Part shown: one piece after another, positions 39,130-52,759 of the stretch
Layout: every line of letters starts with the position of its first letter
How positions within the stretch are numbered: the first letter of the stretch is position 1
NCBI RefSeq assembly: GCF_018977255.1
Contig: NW_024704743.1
Location: 53,012,001 to 53,076,000 of the forward strand
DNA from: Callorhinchus milii
Taxonomy: Eukaryota
DNA: 64,000 nt
Direction of reading: 5' to 3'
Notes under the pieces: generated by a model
The model's database searches: none
What the model saw: the letters and a program-made list of their open reading frames with translations, nothing else
Told to the model about the DNA's origin: nothing
Program-made: the position numbers and the translations under genes

Positions 39130-40770
39130 AATACTAAAGAAAAAATCATAATTATGAGGGGGAAAATGAGGGCATTCAAAGCTAGAGCTCCCAGGATGAC
39201 TAAGGAAATTGGGATTAAAATGAAATAGAAAAAGGAGGCTTGTGATAAATGTTAGGTTCAAAATACATTAGAGAATCAAGCAGAAAACAGAAAGTGCAGA
39301 GCAGAACTAAAAAAGGAAATAAGAGGGGCAAAGAGAGTGTATGAGAAAAGATAGAGTGCAACATAAAAGGGAACACTAAAGTCTTCTATAAACATATAAA
39401 GAGTAAAAGGATGGTCAAAGAAGCATGGGGTAGATTAGGGATCAAAAAGGAAATCTTCTTGTGAAGGCAGAGTGCATGACTCAGAAACTGAATGAGTACT
39501 TTGCATCTGTCTTCAAAAAAGAGGATGCTTCCAATTTCATAGTAAAGGATGAAGACTACATAGTGAAATTGGATAGGACAAAAATAGAGAGGAAGTACTT
39601 AAAAGGCTAGCAGCGCTCAAAGTAGAAGAGTCACCCGGTCTGGATGGGGTGCTAGGGAAGTAAAGGCGGAAATATCGGATGCTCTGGACATAATTTTTAA
39701 ATCCTCCTTGGATTTGGGAGTAGTGGCTGAGGAGTAGAGGTTCGCAAATGTTACAACACCGGTTCAAAAAGAGGAGAGGGATAAGCCTGGTAACTACAGG
39801 CCAGTCAGCCTAACATTGTTGGTGGGGAAACTTCTAGAGACCACTTGGAAAAACACAAGTTAATTAATGAGTCAACACGGATTTGGTAAAAGCAAATCAT
39901 GTCTGACAAACTTGATTGAGTTATTTGATCTAACGGAGAGCATTGATGAAGCTAGTGCAGTTTATGTGGTGTATATGGCTTTCAGAAGGTGTTTCATAAA
40001 GTGCCACATAAAGTGTAGAATTGAAGCCCAAGGAATAAAAGGGACAGTGGCAGTATGGATATGAAATTGCCTGTGAGACAGAAAGCAGAGGTTACCAGTG
40101 AATGGTTATTTTTCAGACTGGAGGGAAGTATACAGTGGTGTCCCCCAGGGGTCAGTATTAAGTCCACTGCTCTTTTTGATATACATAAATGACTTGGACT
40201 TGGGTATAGAGAGCAAAATTTAAAAATTTGGAGATGACACAAAACTTGGGACAATAAATAGTGAGGAGGATGGTAGCAGACTGCAGGAGGGCTTAGACAC
40301 ACTGGTGAAATGGGCAGACACATGGCAGATGAAGTTTAATGCAGAAAAGTGTGAGGAGATGTATTTTGGAAGGAAGAATGAGGAGAGGCAATATACAATA
40401 ATTGGGACAGTTTTAAAGGGGGTTCAGTAGCAGATAGACCTGGGGGTTCACATACACATGTCTTTGAAGGTGGCAGGACAGGTTGATAGAGCTCTTAAAA
40501 AGCATATGAGTCACTGGTTAGGTCTCAGTTCTGGGCACCACATTTTAGGAAGGATATCAAGGCCTTGGAGAGGGTGTAGAGGAGATTTACCAGACTGGTA
40601 CCAGGGATGAGGAACTTATGAGGAGAGACTAGGATTGTTCTCCTTAGAGCAGAAAAGGTTAAAGGGAGATTTAATAGAAGTGTTCAAAATTATGAGGGGA
40701 TTCGATAGACAGATAGCAAGAAACTGATTGGTAACCAGGGGAGATAGATTTAAGATAATTGTCAAAATAG
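39130..40770 (+). mobile_element. Degenerate CR1 LINE ORF2 (RT region), pseudogenised
   Basis: Motifs [95 protein letters not shown]; many stops and frameshifts. Confidence 0.92.
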
Positions 40771-40844
40771 AATACAAAATTATATTTGTGTAGTGCCTTT
40801 CATGTTGGGAGGATGTCCCAAGGCACTGGTACTAGAGAGGTACT

Positions 40845-41250
40845 TGCAAAGGAAATATTTGCAAAGATATGGGGAAAGAGCAGGATAGTGGGACCAGTTG
40901 GATAGCTCTTCCAAAGAGCCGGCACAGGCACTTCAGGCTGAATGGCCTCTTTCTGTGCTGTACTATTCAATGTTTCTATAATTGGCAAAAGAACCAGAGA
41001 GAATATGAGGTGAATTTTTTTTGCATAGAGTTGTTACAGTCTGGAATGCACTGCCTGAAAGGATGATGGAAACAGATTCAATAACGACTTTCAAAAGGGA
41101 ATTGGAGAGGTACTTGAAGAGGAAAAATTTGCAAGGATACAAGGAAAGAGGGAGGGAGTTGGACTGATTGGGTATCTCTTCCAAAGAGCTATCACAGGCA
41201 CAATGGGCCAAATGGCCTCTTTCTGTGCTGTAATACTCTATCATTCTATG
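40845..41250 (+). mobile_element. Two CR1 3' ends
   Basis: ...GCTCTTCCAAAGAGC...CACAG...AATGGCCTCTTTCTGTGCTGTA...TTCTAT occurs twice. Confidence 0.8.
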
Positions 41251-43149
41251 ATAACCTTAATAAAATTTCATTTGCTTTGAAAAAGGCTGCAGGGCTCTAA
41301 TTCAATGCTGGCCTTTGAAACAAATAGAGCAACAGTCCATTGACAGGATGAGTGAGATTGTTTCAGCAACTGTATTCTGGCGACACGGGGTGTTCACTGC
41401 ACTGAGCTGCCAAGTGCAGAATATTCTTCAAAAGGCGTTTTACAAACCTGCCCTGACAGATAAATGTTTGTTATAGTTAAGTACTTTTAAGTACAATTTC
41501 TGAAATAATGTTCAGTCACTGCTCCCTTCTGGCATACACTAGGCTGGCTGTCTGGAAGATCTGTCACTTCAAATTAAGCCTTTTGTGTTCCATGCAGGCC
41601 TGGACAACAATATTTTGTTGAAGGCTATGACGTAATTTTGTAGATTTTTTTTCCCAATGGATTAGATAAGGTTAAAGTGGGATCTAATAAAACATCCCAA
41701 AATTTATGTTTTCGTAGGGTAAATATAAAAATGCCATTTCCACTGATTGGTGGGTCAATAACAAAAGGGTACATATTAATGATTATCACCAGCTATGTCA
41801 GCGTAAAGAAATTGCAATCTTTCGATGAGTATAACTTGTCCTCAGTCTGTCTTAACACTCCAAGACACTAACTACATGCATAATATAAAAATGCAAGTTG
41901 TTGTGGCAGTGGTTGTTGTCAGAGAACATATCTTGTTCTCCCTTGAAATCCCTCTTCTGTTTTAACTTTGTGCTAGTTATGCCTTCTGACCCTTTCTTCA
42001 AAAGTTCTTTCATTTGGTAACTTATTTTCACATGTTTGTGTTGAAGTTCCAGCATCTCTTTCTTCCCCTGTATCTTGTATTTCTTCCACACCTTCTCTCC
42101 CGCATCATATGCAAGTCAACAGCCTCTCTGCACGATATCACTCAACAACTTCACAACACATTTTATTTTATTTTTATTTTGCTCCCTTTATTACACTTAA
42201 CAAATACATGGTTAACATTAAACAGATGTTCAGTATGTATGAAGCAATGGATTTGTGGAAAGAATTAACACTGTAGAATCATAGAATGTTGCAGCACGAA
42301 AACAGGCCAACAGCAACTTGCATTTTTACAACACCCCTCGCACAGGGTAGCGATCCAGAGCACTTAATCCATGTTTGCGTGTTTATACCCAAATCATGAT
42401 GAAGATGATTCGTAAATTGGCTTTTTGGTGCGGGAAGCTAGCTAGCTAGTCAGCACTGGAAACCAGGTGTACCACGCTTCTGGTTAGCACTGGTCCACCG
42501 CAAACCACAGTGTAAGCAAACCTACATGCAACTAGAGGGGGTTGGGGGTTGCCCTGTTTGTAGCAAATCCTACCAGTAATCAGATATTGTGAAAAAGACA
42601 GATAAATGGGACTGAAAAGATTGCTCTTATAGGAGCCAGCACAGGTGTGATTAGATGGATAACCTTATTCTGTAGTGTACATTTCTATGGTCTCTATATG
42701 CATCAAGCTGACCTGAGGGAATTCCATTCACAGGTGACTGATTTTTGGAAAAAGGATTCCCATGGGTCAATCAGCATGTAACTGCTGGTTACTACTGGGC
42801 ACTACTTGCAACTCTGAGGTGCTATATATGAATATAGGTCGTGAATACAGTACCACATTTTACAGCACAGATCACTGATTGCAATAAATAATTTTAGTGA
42901 ACATAAAGTGCCTTCCTTATTTCTAATTGAATGTAAAATTGGAGGAGGTTTATCTGCCACTAACAAACATAAAGTATTAATTATAAATGTTACTTAGAGG
43001 AATTTGTTGGCCTCATAAATTACACGTTACTCAAGATTTTAATTAGTATTATTAACTATATTATTAACTCTTCGCTAGTGGGCTTTCAGCATTCTTCCTA
43101 TACTGCTTGTTCATGCTAATGCAGCATGTAATTTGATCATTCTAAACTG

Positions 43150-43420
43150 CTTTAGGATGACCAAGGCATTACAACAAGAAGACATAGGGTTAGAGTGACA
43201 AATTCAGGACAGACACCGGCAAGTTTCCTTTACGCAGACTGTAATCAACAATTCAAACAGATTGCTATGAAGTCTGGTTGAAGCCAGGAGACTGGACTGA
43301 TTTATAAAACAGCTTGATGCTGTGTTGGGTGGATGGTTGGGTGGATATTCTTGGAAGCATGAGATCAGATGGGCGTTCTTTATCTGAACTAATCTTGTGA
43401 TCTAGTGACTTTTCTTCTGA
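43150..43420 (+). mobile_element. Old CR1-type 3' fragment
   Basis: TTCCTTTACGCAGACTGTAATCAAC...TTTATAAAACAGCTTGATGC...GATGGGC resembles a CR1 C-terminus/3' UTR. Confidence 0.5.
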
Positions 43421-45741
43421 CTCTATGAATGGTCTACAAAGTAGCACAGTGTGTTGCTGGGCAACATTTATTGCAAACTTACCTACCAACCTCAGTACTG
43501 TTCTATCCTCACTCCGACCAACTAAAATCCTGTCAACCTATTGAGATTACTGTGTTTACCTTCATTCTTCACCTATAAAATACCCAGTCACTCCACTTTA
43601 CAGTATTTCTTGTGAAGAGCTTTGAGATGTCGACCTGACGTGGAAGGGGCAGAATAATCAAGTGCAAGGATTTTTATTGTTATTATTGCATAACAACATT
43701 TATTTCATTTTGAATTCATATCATTCTGTAAAGTGCTTCAAATGTTTATTTTACACGAACAGAAACTAATTTTAACTGATTTTTGATGTAAAATTTGACA
43801 AACTTGACAATTCACATGATTTTCACAAAATCTTACAATTTCACAAGTTCCAAAATATTTCATCTGTGAACTTATTTGAACTGCACATGGAGTTAGCATC
43901 TGGTGTAATCTGCAGCATTTTATCTTGACTCCTTTCAAGTGCACCATCCAAAGATAGATTAAAAGAGAGTTTAATTATGTTGTGTAACTTGTAGGGTGTT
44001 TCTCCCAGTGATTTGCCCAACAATTCCCCCAGATAAAATACACTTCATGGCTGTTTGTCAGACAATGCTGGGTACAGTAAATTGTTTGAAGGACATTGAG
44101 ACATCCTCCGGGTATCAAAGATGCCATGTCAAATGCAAGGATTATTACTTATTGTTATTATTACACAAGAATAATTACATTGGTTTATTTCCAAATTTCT
44201 ACTCTGTGTGAAAAATCAGTCACCAGGTTCCCTACAAAGTATTGAATTTACCCGGAATTTGAGTCACAGAGTTTGAGAGGATGTTGAGTTTTGGAATTTT
44301 ATTTAAAATAAAAGAAAATGAAAAAAATACTGCAACAAAAGCCCTGGAAAGTCTGCATTAAAATGATATACAATATACAATTGTACGATACAATTTACAT
44401 TTATGTAGAGCCTTTCATGTCAGAAGGATTTCAAGATTTTTCATTTTACACGGAGGGCAAATAGAGGAAAATAAAAAGATGTAATTATTCTTGTGTAATA
44501 AAAATAAATAATAATCTTTGCATTTACTATTAGTAGTAGTAGTATTATCAGTAATATCGATATACTGGTAGCATCTTTTGTGTTGGGAGGATGTCTTAAA
44601 ACTATTCACAGGATTTACTGTAAAATGCAGTGTATATTCTGGACAAAAGGGTATTAGCTTTGAGTTTTGAGATGAAGCTGAGGGATGTCTGGGCCTGTCA
44701 CAGGGGATGGTAGAACACTATATGAAGTTGAGATCCGTAGATCCTGCGACTTAAATCAATCAACCAAAGCTCGTCAAAATACACCCACATCCACTGGTCA
44801 AAATGATAAAAGAAAATCTGAGATCACAAATTCACATGGTCTTAGCCTTAAGACTGTTGCTTTAAAACTTAAGATCAACAACAACAACAATTTGCACTTA
44901 TCTCTCTCTCTCTCTCTCTCCCCCCCCCCCCCCCCCCCCCCCCCCCCATGCAGGTAGCCTCTCAGAGCACTTAAAGATCATGCAGAATCACTTAATTCAA
45001 TCATAATTTGCAAAGTTGTTTTCAGTACTTGTTAAAAGCTTCAAAAGTAAACCTGATTATTCTGGGGTTTTTTTAATAGAAATTCCGCTTTTGACCTAAG
45101 GGAGCTGTTTTAAGATATAAAGAAACAATAGAGAATACATAATTTCAGAATTGACAGAATTTGATGGTAGGAAAGAAAACAAGGAAAAAAGTGTTTTTTT
45201 TGTTTTGCATTTCTTTGGTTTGTTTTACTATATTGTGAGGTTTGTTACAAACAACAGCTTCCATATGTCAGAATGTAAATCTGGGTTAAATTTTTAATTA
45301 GATTAAAGGGACGTCTGCTTAAAATAGGGTGTCTGTGTATATGCAGCTGCATCAAAACAGATTACTCTGTAATACAAAAACAAAGGAAAGCTGTACTGGA
45401 GGAAAACAACTGCATCTAATATAAGGTAATGTTAGATTATGTTGCTTCTACTGCTTTACTTTTAGTATTTCTAAATGTTGCAGAGTAAAAGAAAACCAAA
45501 TACTACAGTCGGGAAGTTCTTATACATGATTTTACAAAAAGTTATTGACTGATAGGAAACAACAATAACATTACTTTCTTTTTCCGTGAATGTTTTAAAG
45601 GGTACCCCTACATATTTTGAAAGAAAGGCATGTTTCTGGTAGATGTGCAAAACTTTAACTGACATGAAAATAAAACAGCTGTCAGGAATGTTTTAATGTG
45701 CAGCCTTATGTGATTCGCATAGTCACCAGTATTATTGGAAA

Positions 45742-46080
45742 CAATAATCCTTGCATTTGATTACAGGATCAATGACCTTGAAACCTCTCAAAGGTCCCGC
45801 AAGTAATGTGTTAGGTCAGTAAAACGTTGGTCTGTATTTGTAGGCAAACATGGCAAGGTCCCACAGACAGTCATGGAGTGAATGACTAATATATCAAGAG
45901 GATTGTTGATCACAACAATGGAAGAAACTCCCTTCTCTTTTCAATAGTATAATGGGATTTTTAACGTCCATCTGAATGGACAGAAGGGACCATGCTTCAG
46001 CATCTTTTCCAAAGGATACATCTCTGATAATGCAGCACTGCCTCAGTATCGCAGTGTCAGTGTCCATGAGCTCAAATCAC
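45742..46080 (-). mobile_element. Old Deu-domain SINE
   Basis: AATCCTTGCATTTG tail...AATGGGATTTTTAACGTCCATCTGAA...CCAAAGGATACATCTCTGATAATGCAGCAC. Confidence 0.65.
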
Positions 46081-46570
46081 AAAAAAAATAGGGTCCTTAA
46101 TTAAGAAGGTTGCAATACTGGCATTTATTATTCCAATTGCCAATGTACTAACAACCTTAATTTTTCAAAGTTACAACTTGCACCTTGGAAACCCAAGCAC
46201 AGACTTTGTGTGGCTTGCATGTCATTATAGTTGCTGCAGCACTGCCCTCCAGTGGATTCAGTTTCCCTGTGCACAATGATTGGGATACAGCACAATCTCC
46301 TGTAATATGTCAAGATTAACATCATGGTCTAACCTGGAACTACTACAAGACACATTTTTGCCATGGCCTCTATCTTGCACTGAAATGTAAAAAACCTCTA
46401 TTGTACAATTCATGTGAATTTTCGGGCAAGTGTTCTTCACTAGTAAAGCATTAATAAAGGATGTTTTATTGCAACTGCTTTACTAAGAATAATTCTTTCT
46501 ATTTTATCATTTTTTGTATCTCTTTTCAAATCATGGCATGGAACAGTTCATTTTAACCAATTTGTATAAG

Positions 46571-46623
46571 AGGACGTCGGGGGCATATAGGAATACACAT
46601 TGCGGACAGCAGCAAGCAGTATG
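46571..46623 (+). other. Candidate small exon of the plus-strand gene
   Basis: tttgtataAG|...AGTATG|GTAGGA; GC-richer 53-nt island in AT-rich sequence. Confidence 0.25.
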
Positions 46624-46652
46624 GTAGGAAATGTTCTGTTAATGTTACAAAT

Positions 46653-47328
46653 AACAACAACAACACCAACAAGATTACATTTGTATAGTGCCTTTCACGT
46701 CAGGAGGATGTCCTAAGGCGCTGGACAGTGTACAGCATTTCAGACCCGAGCTGGGGTCGGGGGGAGAAGGGAGGGGAGAGGAAGGGGTTGGCAGATGGCA
46801 TGGTCAAAGAAGAGGATTTTGAGTCGGGACTTGAAGGAGGCTAAGGAGGGGACGAGGCAGAGTGACTGGGGGATGGAATTTCAGAGTTTGGGAGCAGAAT
46901 GGCTGAAGGCTCTCCCACCAATGGTGGGGTGGGTGGGTCGGGGGACGTGGAGCAGGCCGGAGCCGGCTGAGCGGAGGGAGCGGGCGGGTTGGTAGGGGGT
47001 TAGGAGGTTGCAGATGTAGGGTGGGGCGAGGCCATGGAGGGCTTTGTAGGTGAGGACCAGGATCTTGAACTCGATCCTCTGAAGGATAGGGAGCCAGTGG
47101 AGTCGGGCGAGAATGGGGGAGATGGGGTCACGGAGTTTGGTGCGGGAGAGGACACGGGCTGCAGAGTTCTGGATTATCTGCAGCCTGTGGAGGGAGGAGT
47201 TGGGAAGGCTGACAAGCAGGGGGTTTGCATAGTCGAGCCTAGAGGTGATGAAGGCATGAACAAGAGTTTCAGCGGCCTGAGGGGTGAGGTAGTGGCAGAG
47301 TCAGATGATGTTACGGAGGAGGGGAGGC
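46653..47328 (-). mobile_element. L2 3' fragment (second subfamily)
   Basis: Reverse complement encodes FITSRLDYANPLL...LQIIQNSAARVL...IEFKILVLTYKALHGLAP; (AAC)n tail. Confidence 0.9.
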
Positions 47329-49211
47329 AGAGCCATATCTTTAATGTGGCAATAGATGCCATATTAAAGATCAGAAAGTTTTTTTAAGAGATAAATTAGG
47401 AATAGATTAAAAAATCTATAGAACTAATATGGATTAAATAGATTTTCATGCAAGTGATGACTGTGTCCAAATCCAGATCTTGTCATTTTGACTCAGAAAT
47501 ATTTAACAAAAGTGAATATTGAGTATTTAATAGTAATAATAAATAATCTTTACATTTGGTTTAGTGCTTTTCAGGTTGGGAGGATGTTTCAAAGTTATCA
47601 CAGGATACACTGTAAAGTGTAGTGACTTGTTTTGTGGGCGAATAAGGCAACCAATTTGCTTACATCAATGTACCACAAAATAAACAAGGAAACTAGACTT
47701 TTAAGTGCAGCAACTTAAATGATGAGATCTAAATTGCTTGAATTGCGACTTCTGTTTGGGAATAAAATTGTTTGATATGCTGGCTACATTCACTAAAATT
47801 GTCCCCCATAAAATTGGGAACCCAAACATCGACAAAAGTTATTTTAAGTCTGAAAAGTCTTGACAAACTGTTCAAAAGCAATACACCTATGTGCAGATTT
47901 TCACTGGTGATTTCAGATTTGTTTGATTTATCAGAACTGGTATCAGAACCACTCCACCTTCTCAGGGCAATTAGGGTGTGCAATAAACACTAGCTTTGAC
48001 AGAGTCGCTCACCCGAGAAAGAGGACATTTTAAAAAAAACCTTAGTGGTGTTTCATAATACATTCAATGTTTATCACATTGTGTGCGGTGTGAAACACTG
48101 TTAATTTCCCCCCTAAATATATGAGATTTGTGATTAAGCATTAGTGCAACAGAAAATGAAATATTGAACTGTACTTCAAATTTGCCAAAAGCACTTATAT
48201 TTGGGGAATGTACAAAAATGCTGAAACTGGCAGCTTGACTTAGTTTAGGCAGGTCACAGCCACTACCAATAATTGTCTTAATTGATGTTTTAGACAGAGT
48301 GTGCTTATTCATTGAGCTGGGTCTTATGTAATAGGCAAGGTTATTATTATGCTGAAAGTAGGATTACAGACAGAAGAACCTGAGCGCTGGAAGCAGTAAA
48401 TGTTTGATATAAATGTCATATACTAAATGATCGTCTCCCTCTTGTTTTTACAACATTACTTTCTACGGTATAATTAGTACATGTAGTAATAAAGTTTATA
48501 GCGATATAATGTTTTCTGGATGCCCCATTTTAATTTTTTAAAATTCTAATATTTAGTAGTAATTTAGACATTTGATGTGATAATAATGACAGTAAGATAA
48601 AGCTATTTATAGGAATTAGATTGCCTCTTTGCAAACATAGATTTTATGTTATACTTAATCCTTGCAAAACATACAATGCTATCCTATATGATGCACATGC
48701 ATGCAAACACTCTCTCCCTTACACACACAGACTTAAACTTACACACACCAAACCAGGTATGGCACTTTTGCCATTCCTAATACATCAATAAAAGCAAGTT
48801 CTTAAACTTGGAGGTTGTAAACGTGAAACCATTGAATTTTACAGAGCTTAAAGCTGCTAAAAGAAAGTAAGTGGGGACATTGAAAAATAAGGATTAGGAA
48901 ATGTGTAACAATTCTCTTTGTGAAATAATTAATGTGTGTAATTATGGATTTGCTGCTGGCACTCATCAGAAATGACCTGAAGAAATACCATTGTGGGGGT
49001 GAAGTGTATTACTCAAGCAGTGAAATCAATTAAAACTCTATAACTCCCATAATTTATCCACTGGAACATATGATATTATGAAACACAGCACAATGTGAAC
49101 ATCCTTTGGATTAAACTGCTGATTGACTTAATAATATTATATGATGCAACAGCACGCCCTTCCTTCAATCAAGTATTTTTCAATTCATTGAAGATAATGT
49201 GAAATTAAATG

Positions 49212-49770
49212 AGATCTTCTTGGAGCTGAATTGGTGATGTGTTTTTCAATGGAATGTCAGAATCGAGCTGCCCTCTGTGGTGGTCTCAGTAGTCCGGTTC
49301 CTGAGCCGGGCGGGTCCACAGTATTCCAGGGCACTGCTGATGACAGCACAGCCAGTCTGGCTCATCGGCAGGACCTGGAAGGGCAGAGCAGTTACTGGGG
49401 GCAAGGAGTCATCACACTCAGCTCCTGTTAACCCTGCAAGCCAAAGCCCTAATGGATAGGGTTGTCTTAGCTGGACAAGCAGCAGGAAAGCTTGCCAGAC
49501 AGCAATATCAATAGCAAGCTATGCAGTTTCAGCTGGTTAGACTTCAGCAGTTTCCCAACACACACTCTGGGGTCCCCAAGACTTGGCTCGTGCTAGCTAT
49601 TGCCTCATACATTCCAGAATTAGGTAAGCAGGACATGTCTCTCCAGAGAGAATGTGTATTATATTCCAATACACAGGAATTTCCATGTTTAGATGCATGA
49701 AACTCAGTTTGGTCTTAAGCCTTGTAATGGGTTTCCCCATGCATCAGACACCTGACTGACCAAAAAAAAA
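49212..49770 (+). repeat. Family X copy, near complete, with poly(A) tail
   Basis: Ends ...CATGCATCAGACACCTGACTGACC(A)9; reverse complement of 60813-61408. Confidence 0.87.
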
Positions 49771-50214
49771 CTGTTGCTTGAGAATATTTGTCCAATATTG
49801 TATGTTGCTTGACTAAATAGGAACATAAGAACATGGGAACAGGTGCAGACTATTGAGCCGATCGAAACTCATTTTCTTGTCTTTTCTCCATATCCCTTAA
49901 TACCCTTATTTTATGTGCGGTGGAGAGAAAGTACAATTAGTAGAAATATAGATAATCCGAATAACAATATGACATAATAAGAAATACGTTTATAATGGCA
50001 AAAGCAACACTCGTTCAATATGGTCTTGTGAGGCAGGGATGGAAACCTACATGGGTTTCAATAGTATTGTTGGGGAAATGGCAGTGTAAATGGTACTTCA
50101 CCACAGCAAAGTGCCTCGGGACATAATATGGTTTTCTCCAGGGACTCACAACTATGTCACACAAATCCGACACTGACACAGTATAAGATAGTGACTAGGG
50201 GGTCTAGAAGAGAA

Positions 50215-50430
50215 TTTAGTAGAAACTAGTTCCCACAGATGGTCCTGAGATTGTGGAACTTTCTGCCTGAACTGAATCAGATAGTCTAGATGCATTTAAG
50301 AGGAATTTAGATATACCAATGAGTGAGAAGGGAACAGAAGGGTATGGGAGGGAGTAAGGATGGGTGGAGAACCATGTATAAATACTGGCATGGACTAGTT
50401 GAGCTGAATAGCCTGTTTCCATGCTGTACA
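50215..50430 (+). mobile_element. CR1 3' end fragment
   Basis: TGTGGAACTTTCTGCCTG...GCATTTAAGAGGAATTTAGATA...GAGCTGAATAGCCTGTTTCCATGCTGTA. Confidence 0.7.
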
Positions 50431-51964
50431 TTTTTTTTCTGTAAATTTCTGAGAGAATAAGTCTGGATCATAGTGACAATTGTAAATCGACTTGACTCAA
50501 CGAGTAGTGTTAGAGTTCTAAATGCTCTTTGAACTCAGAATTGTATTCGCAAAAAGATAAAGGACACATCTTAATATTAGTCATTTTCTCCCAAGTTTTC
50601 TCACCTTCCCTCTTGAAGATGGGATATGGCTGTATGGATACCTGCAGTCTTGTCCAAACCGCTATTACAGTGCTTAGACACACAAGGGCCTACACATAGA
50701 TTTTTATCAGGCTGTTCAAAAGTGGGCACATAATAGCCACGCCAGACCCTATCCCTATCAGATAGTCACATGAGCACTTCCTAGTTGAAACAGGAACACT
50801 TGCTGATTTTTCCCCTCTCTAACTAGTGACTCTGAATCCAATTGTCCTGCTTGAGGTTATTTTACCCTAGAATCATTTACAGCGCAGAAGAAGGCTAACT
50901 TGGCCCATTGTGTTCACTGGCTCTCAGGGTAACAAGTTCATTCAATCCCACTGTCCTGATTATCCCCATACCCTTTCGAGTCTCTAATTTTTAGAGACCT
51001 GTCTGCTCATCTCTTGAAACCCACAACGAACTCTGCCACCACCACCTTACTTGACATCCCAACAACTCTGTGTGAAAAAAAAGTGCCCCTGGGATGTTTT
51101 TCCGATGTGAAGGGCACTATACAAGTGTAATTTGTTGTTGTTGTAACTATGGTCCCTAGTCACTGACTGCCCTACTTGAAGTAATATTCACCCTGTCTAA
51201 ACCCTTCATAATTATATATACCTCTAACACTGTACACACAGATTCATGGACTGAACTTGGAATGGTCCTGTTTCTGTGTGGCTCGGTACCCACCATACAG
51301 GGGACAGGCATGTACTTTATAATCTCATTTGGAAATTGTATATTTATTACAATGCAGAAGTAAGAGCCAAGCCTATATCCTACCACTTGTTACGTCCAAG
51401 ATCTGCCCAGAATCTAAATTTGAATTACTAATTGTGGCTCAGAACAGAGCAAAAAGTGCTTGAGAAATAATTTGATTGTGTGTGTCTTACTGCATCACAT
51501 TCTTCCCCTTTTGCTTGGCATACTGGGAAAGCAGAGCTTTAACATGGGCTGGCAAAGTAACTCTGTATTTAGGAATTTTCCTTTTGATTATTTTCCTGTT
51601 AAAATAATACTATATACTGCCATCTACTGGTCATCTTTCATAGATTACATATTCTGAGTATACTGCAGATATGAATAAAAAGGAGTTCTCCAATTTAGAT
51701 TTGTACACCTTATAATTTTTGATTCATATTGTCCACAGTTAAATCATATCCACTGAGTCAAAAGTCCAACCAGTGAGTAAGCAACAGCAAGACTTTAACA
51801 ATCTAACCACAATGAAAAATACGATGATGGGGAATTTAAAGGCAGAAATAATTGAATATTTAAATATTTTTAAGGCTCACAGGAGGCTATACCACCAATT
51901 TTGTAATTTTTCACTGAAAAAATTATTTACTTTATTTTACAATTACAAACCTTTTAGAAATTAC

Positions 51965-52128
51965 ATTTGGTCACTCAATCCATGACTGCTTGTGGGATAT
52001 TGCTATGCTCAATTGGCTGCCACGTTTCGCCCACAATATATACAGTCAATTCACTTTATATTCTGTGAAGCGCTATGAGACATCTCACTGACATGATAAG
52101 GCGCTATATCGATTACAAGGATTATTAT
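51965..52128 (+). mobile_element. SINE body/tail fragment
   Basis: TGTGGGATATTGCTATGCTCAATTGGCTGCCACGTTTCGCCCAC...GGCGCTATATC...AGGATTATTA. Confidence 0.75.
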
Positions 52129-52658
52129 CTTCATAATATTTGGCATGAATATCTGCTCAGTTCCATACAGAAAATTATTCTTATGTAAATCAGAAATGGC
52201 GACATCTGATTTAGAGTAAAAAACAGATACCTTCTCTGCTTCCCAGAACAGAATTAAGATGAGATCAAATATTTCAGCAACAGTAGGTAATGAATTGCTA
52301 GACCTCGTAATTTCTGTGTTATTTGAATTGGCTTCTTTTTTTAATAAATGAGTTTACTGTAAAATCTAAACTACCTAAATACTCTCCTAAGGAAAACACA
52401 ATGGGAATCTAACCATGCTGTTGTAAAATAGTACTTAGCTGTAATGGTTCTCATAAAATCCAATAAATGTGCTCAGCTCATTGACCAACTGCTGTTTTCC
52501 ATAACTGAGATCAGTTTTCCAGATCTGCAATTTATTTATGAGCTATCTTTTCTGCCACCTGAGTAAGAGGTGTATTTAATTTATTTGCTTGTAGATTGCT
52601 TTCCAGAAGGATGACCGCACATTAACCAGCACATTAAATGCCACTGTGACTGTTTCAG

Positions 52659-52688
52659 CGCATATCTGTGTTGCTTGGTTGTGATGAG
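52659..52688 (+). other. Candidate 30-nt exon of the plus-strand gene (alternative acceptors at 52595 and 52607)
   Basis: tgtttcAG|CGCATATCTGTGTTGCTTGGTTGTGATGAG|GTAAGC with a strong donor; reads RISVLLGCDE. Confidence 0.35.
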
Positions 52689-52759
52689 GTAAGCAGAGCT
52701 AAGAAGATGCTTTGCTCATGAATTCCATTCAATTATTTAATCTATTGACTTTTCAATAG

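Noticed and set aside
49330..49400. CTGATGA in family X as a hammerhead ribozyme core
   Set aside because: No stem II leading to a conserved GAAA, and the motif is not kept in the 2.9-kb copy.
49425..49460. TAACCCTG...GCCCTAA in family X as a telomerase RNA template
   Set aside because: No contiguous CTAACCCTAA template, and no pseudoknot or H/ACA end recognised.
52638..52688. ATG CCA CTG TGA CTG TTT... as a selenoprotein with in-frame UGA
   Set aside because: No SECIS or selenoprotein similarity; the acceptor at 52658 explains the open part more simply.
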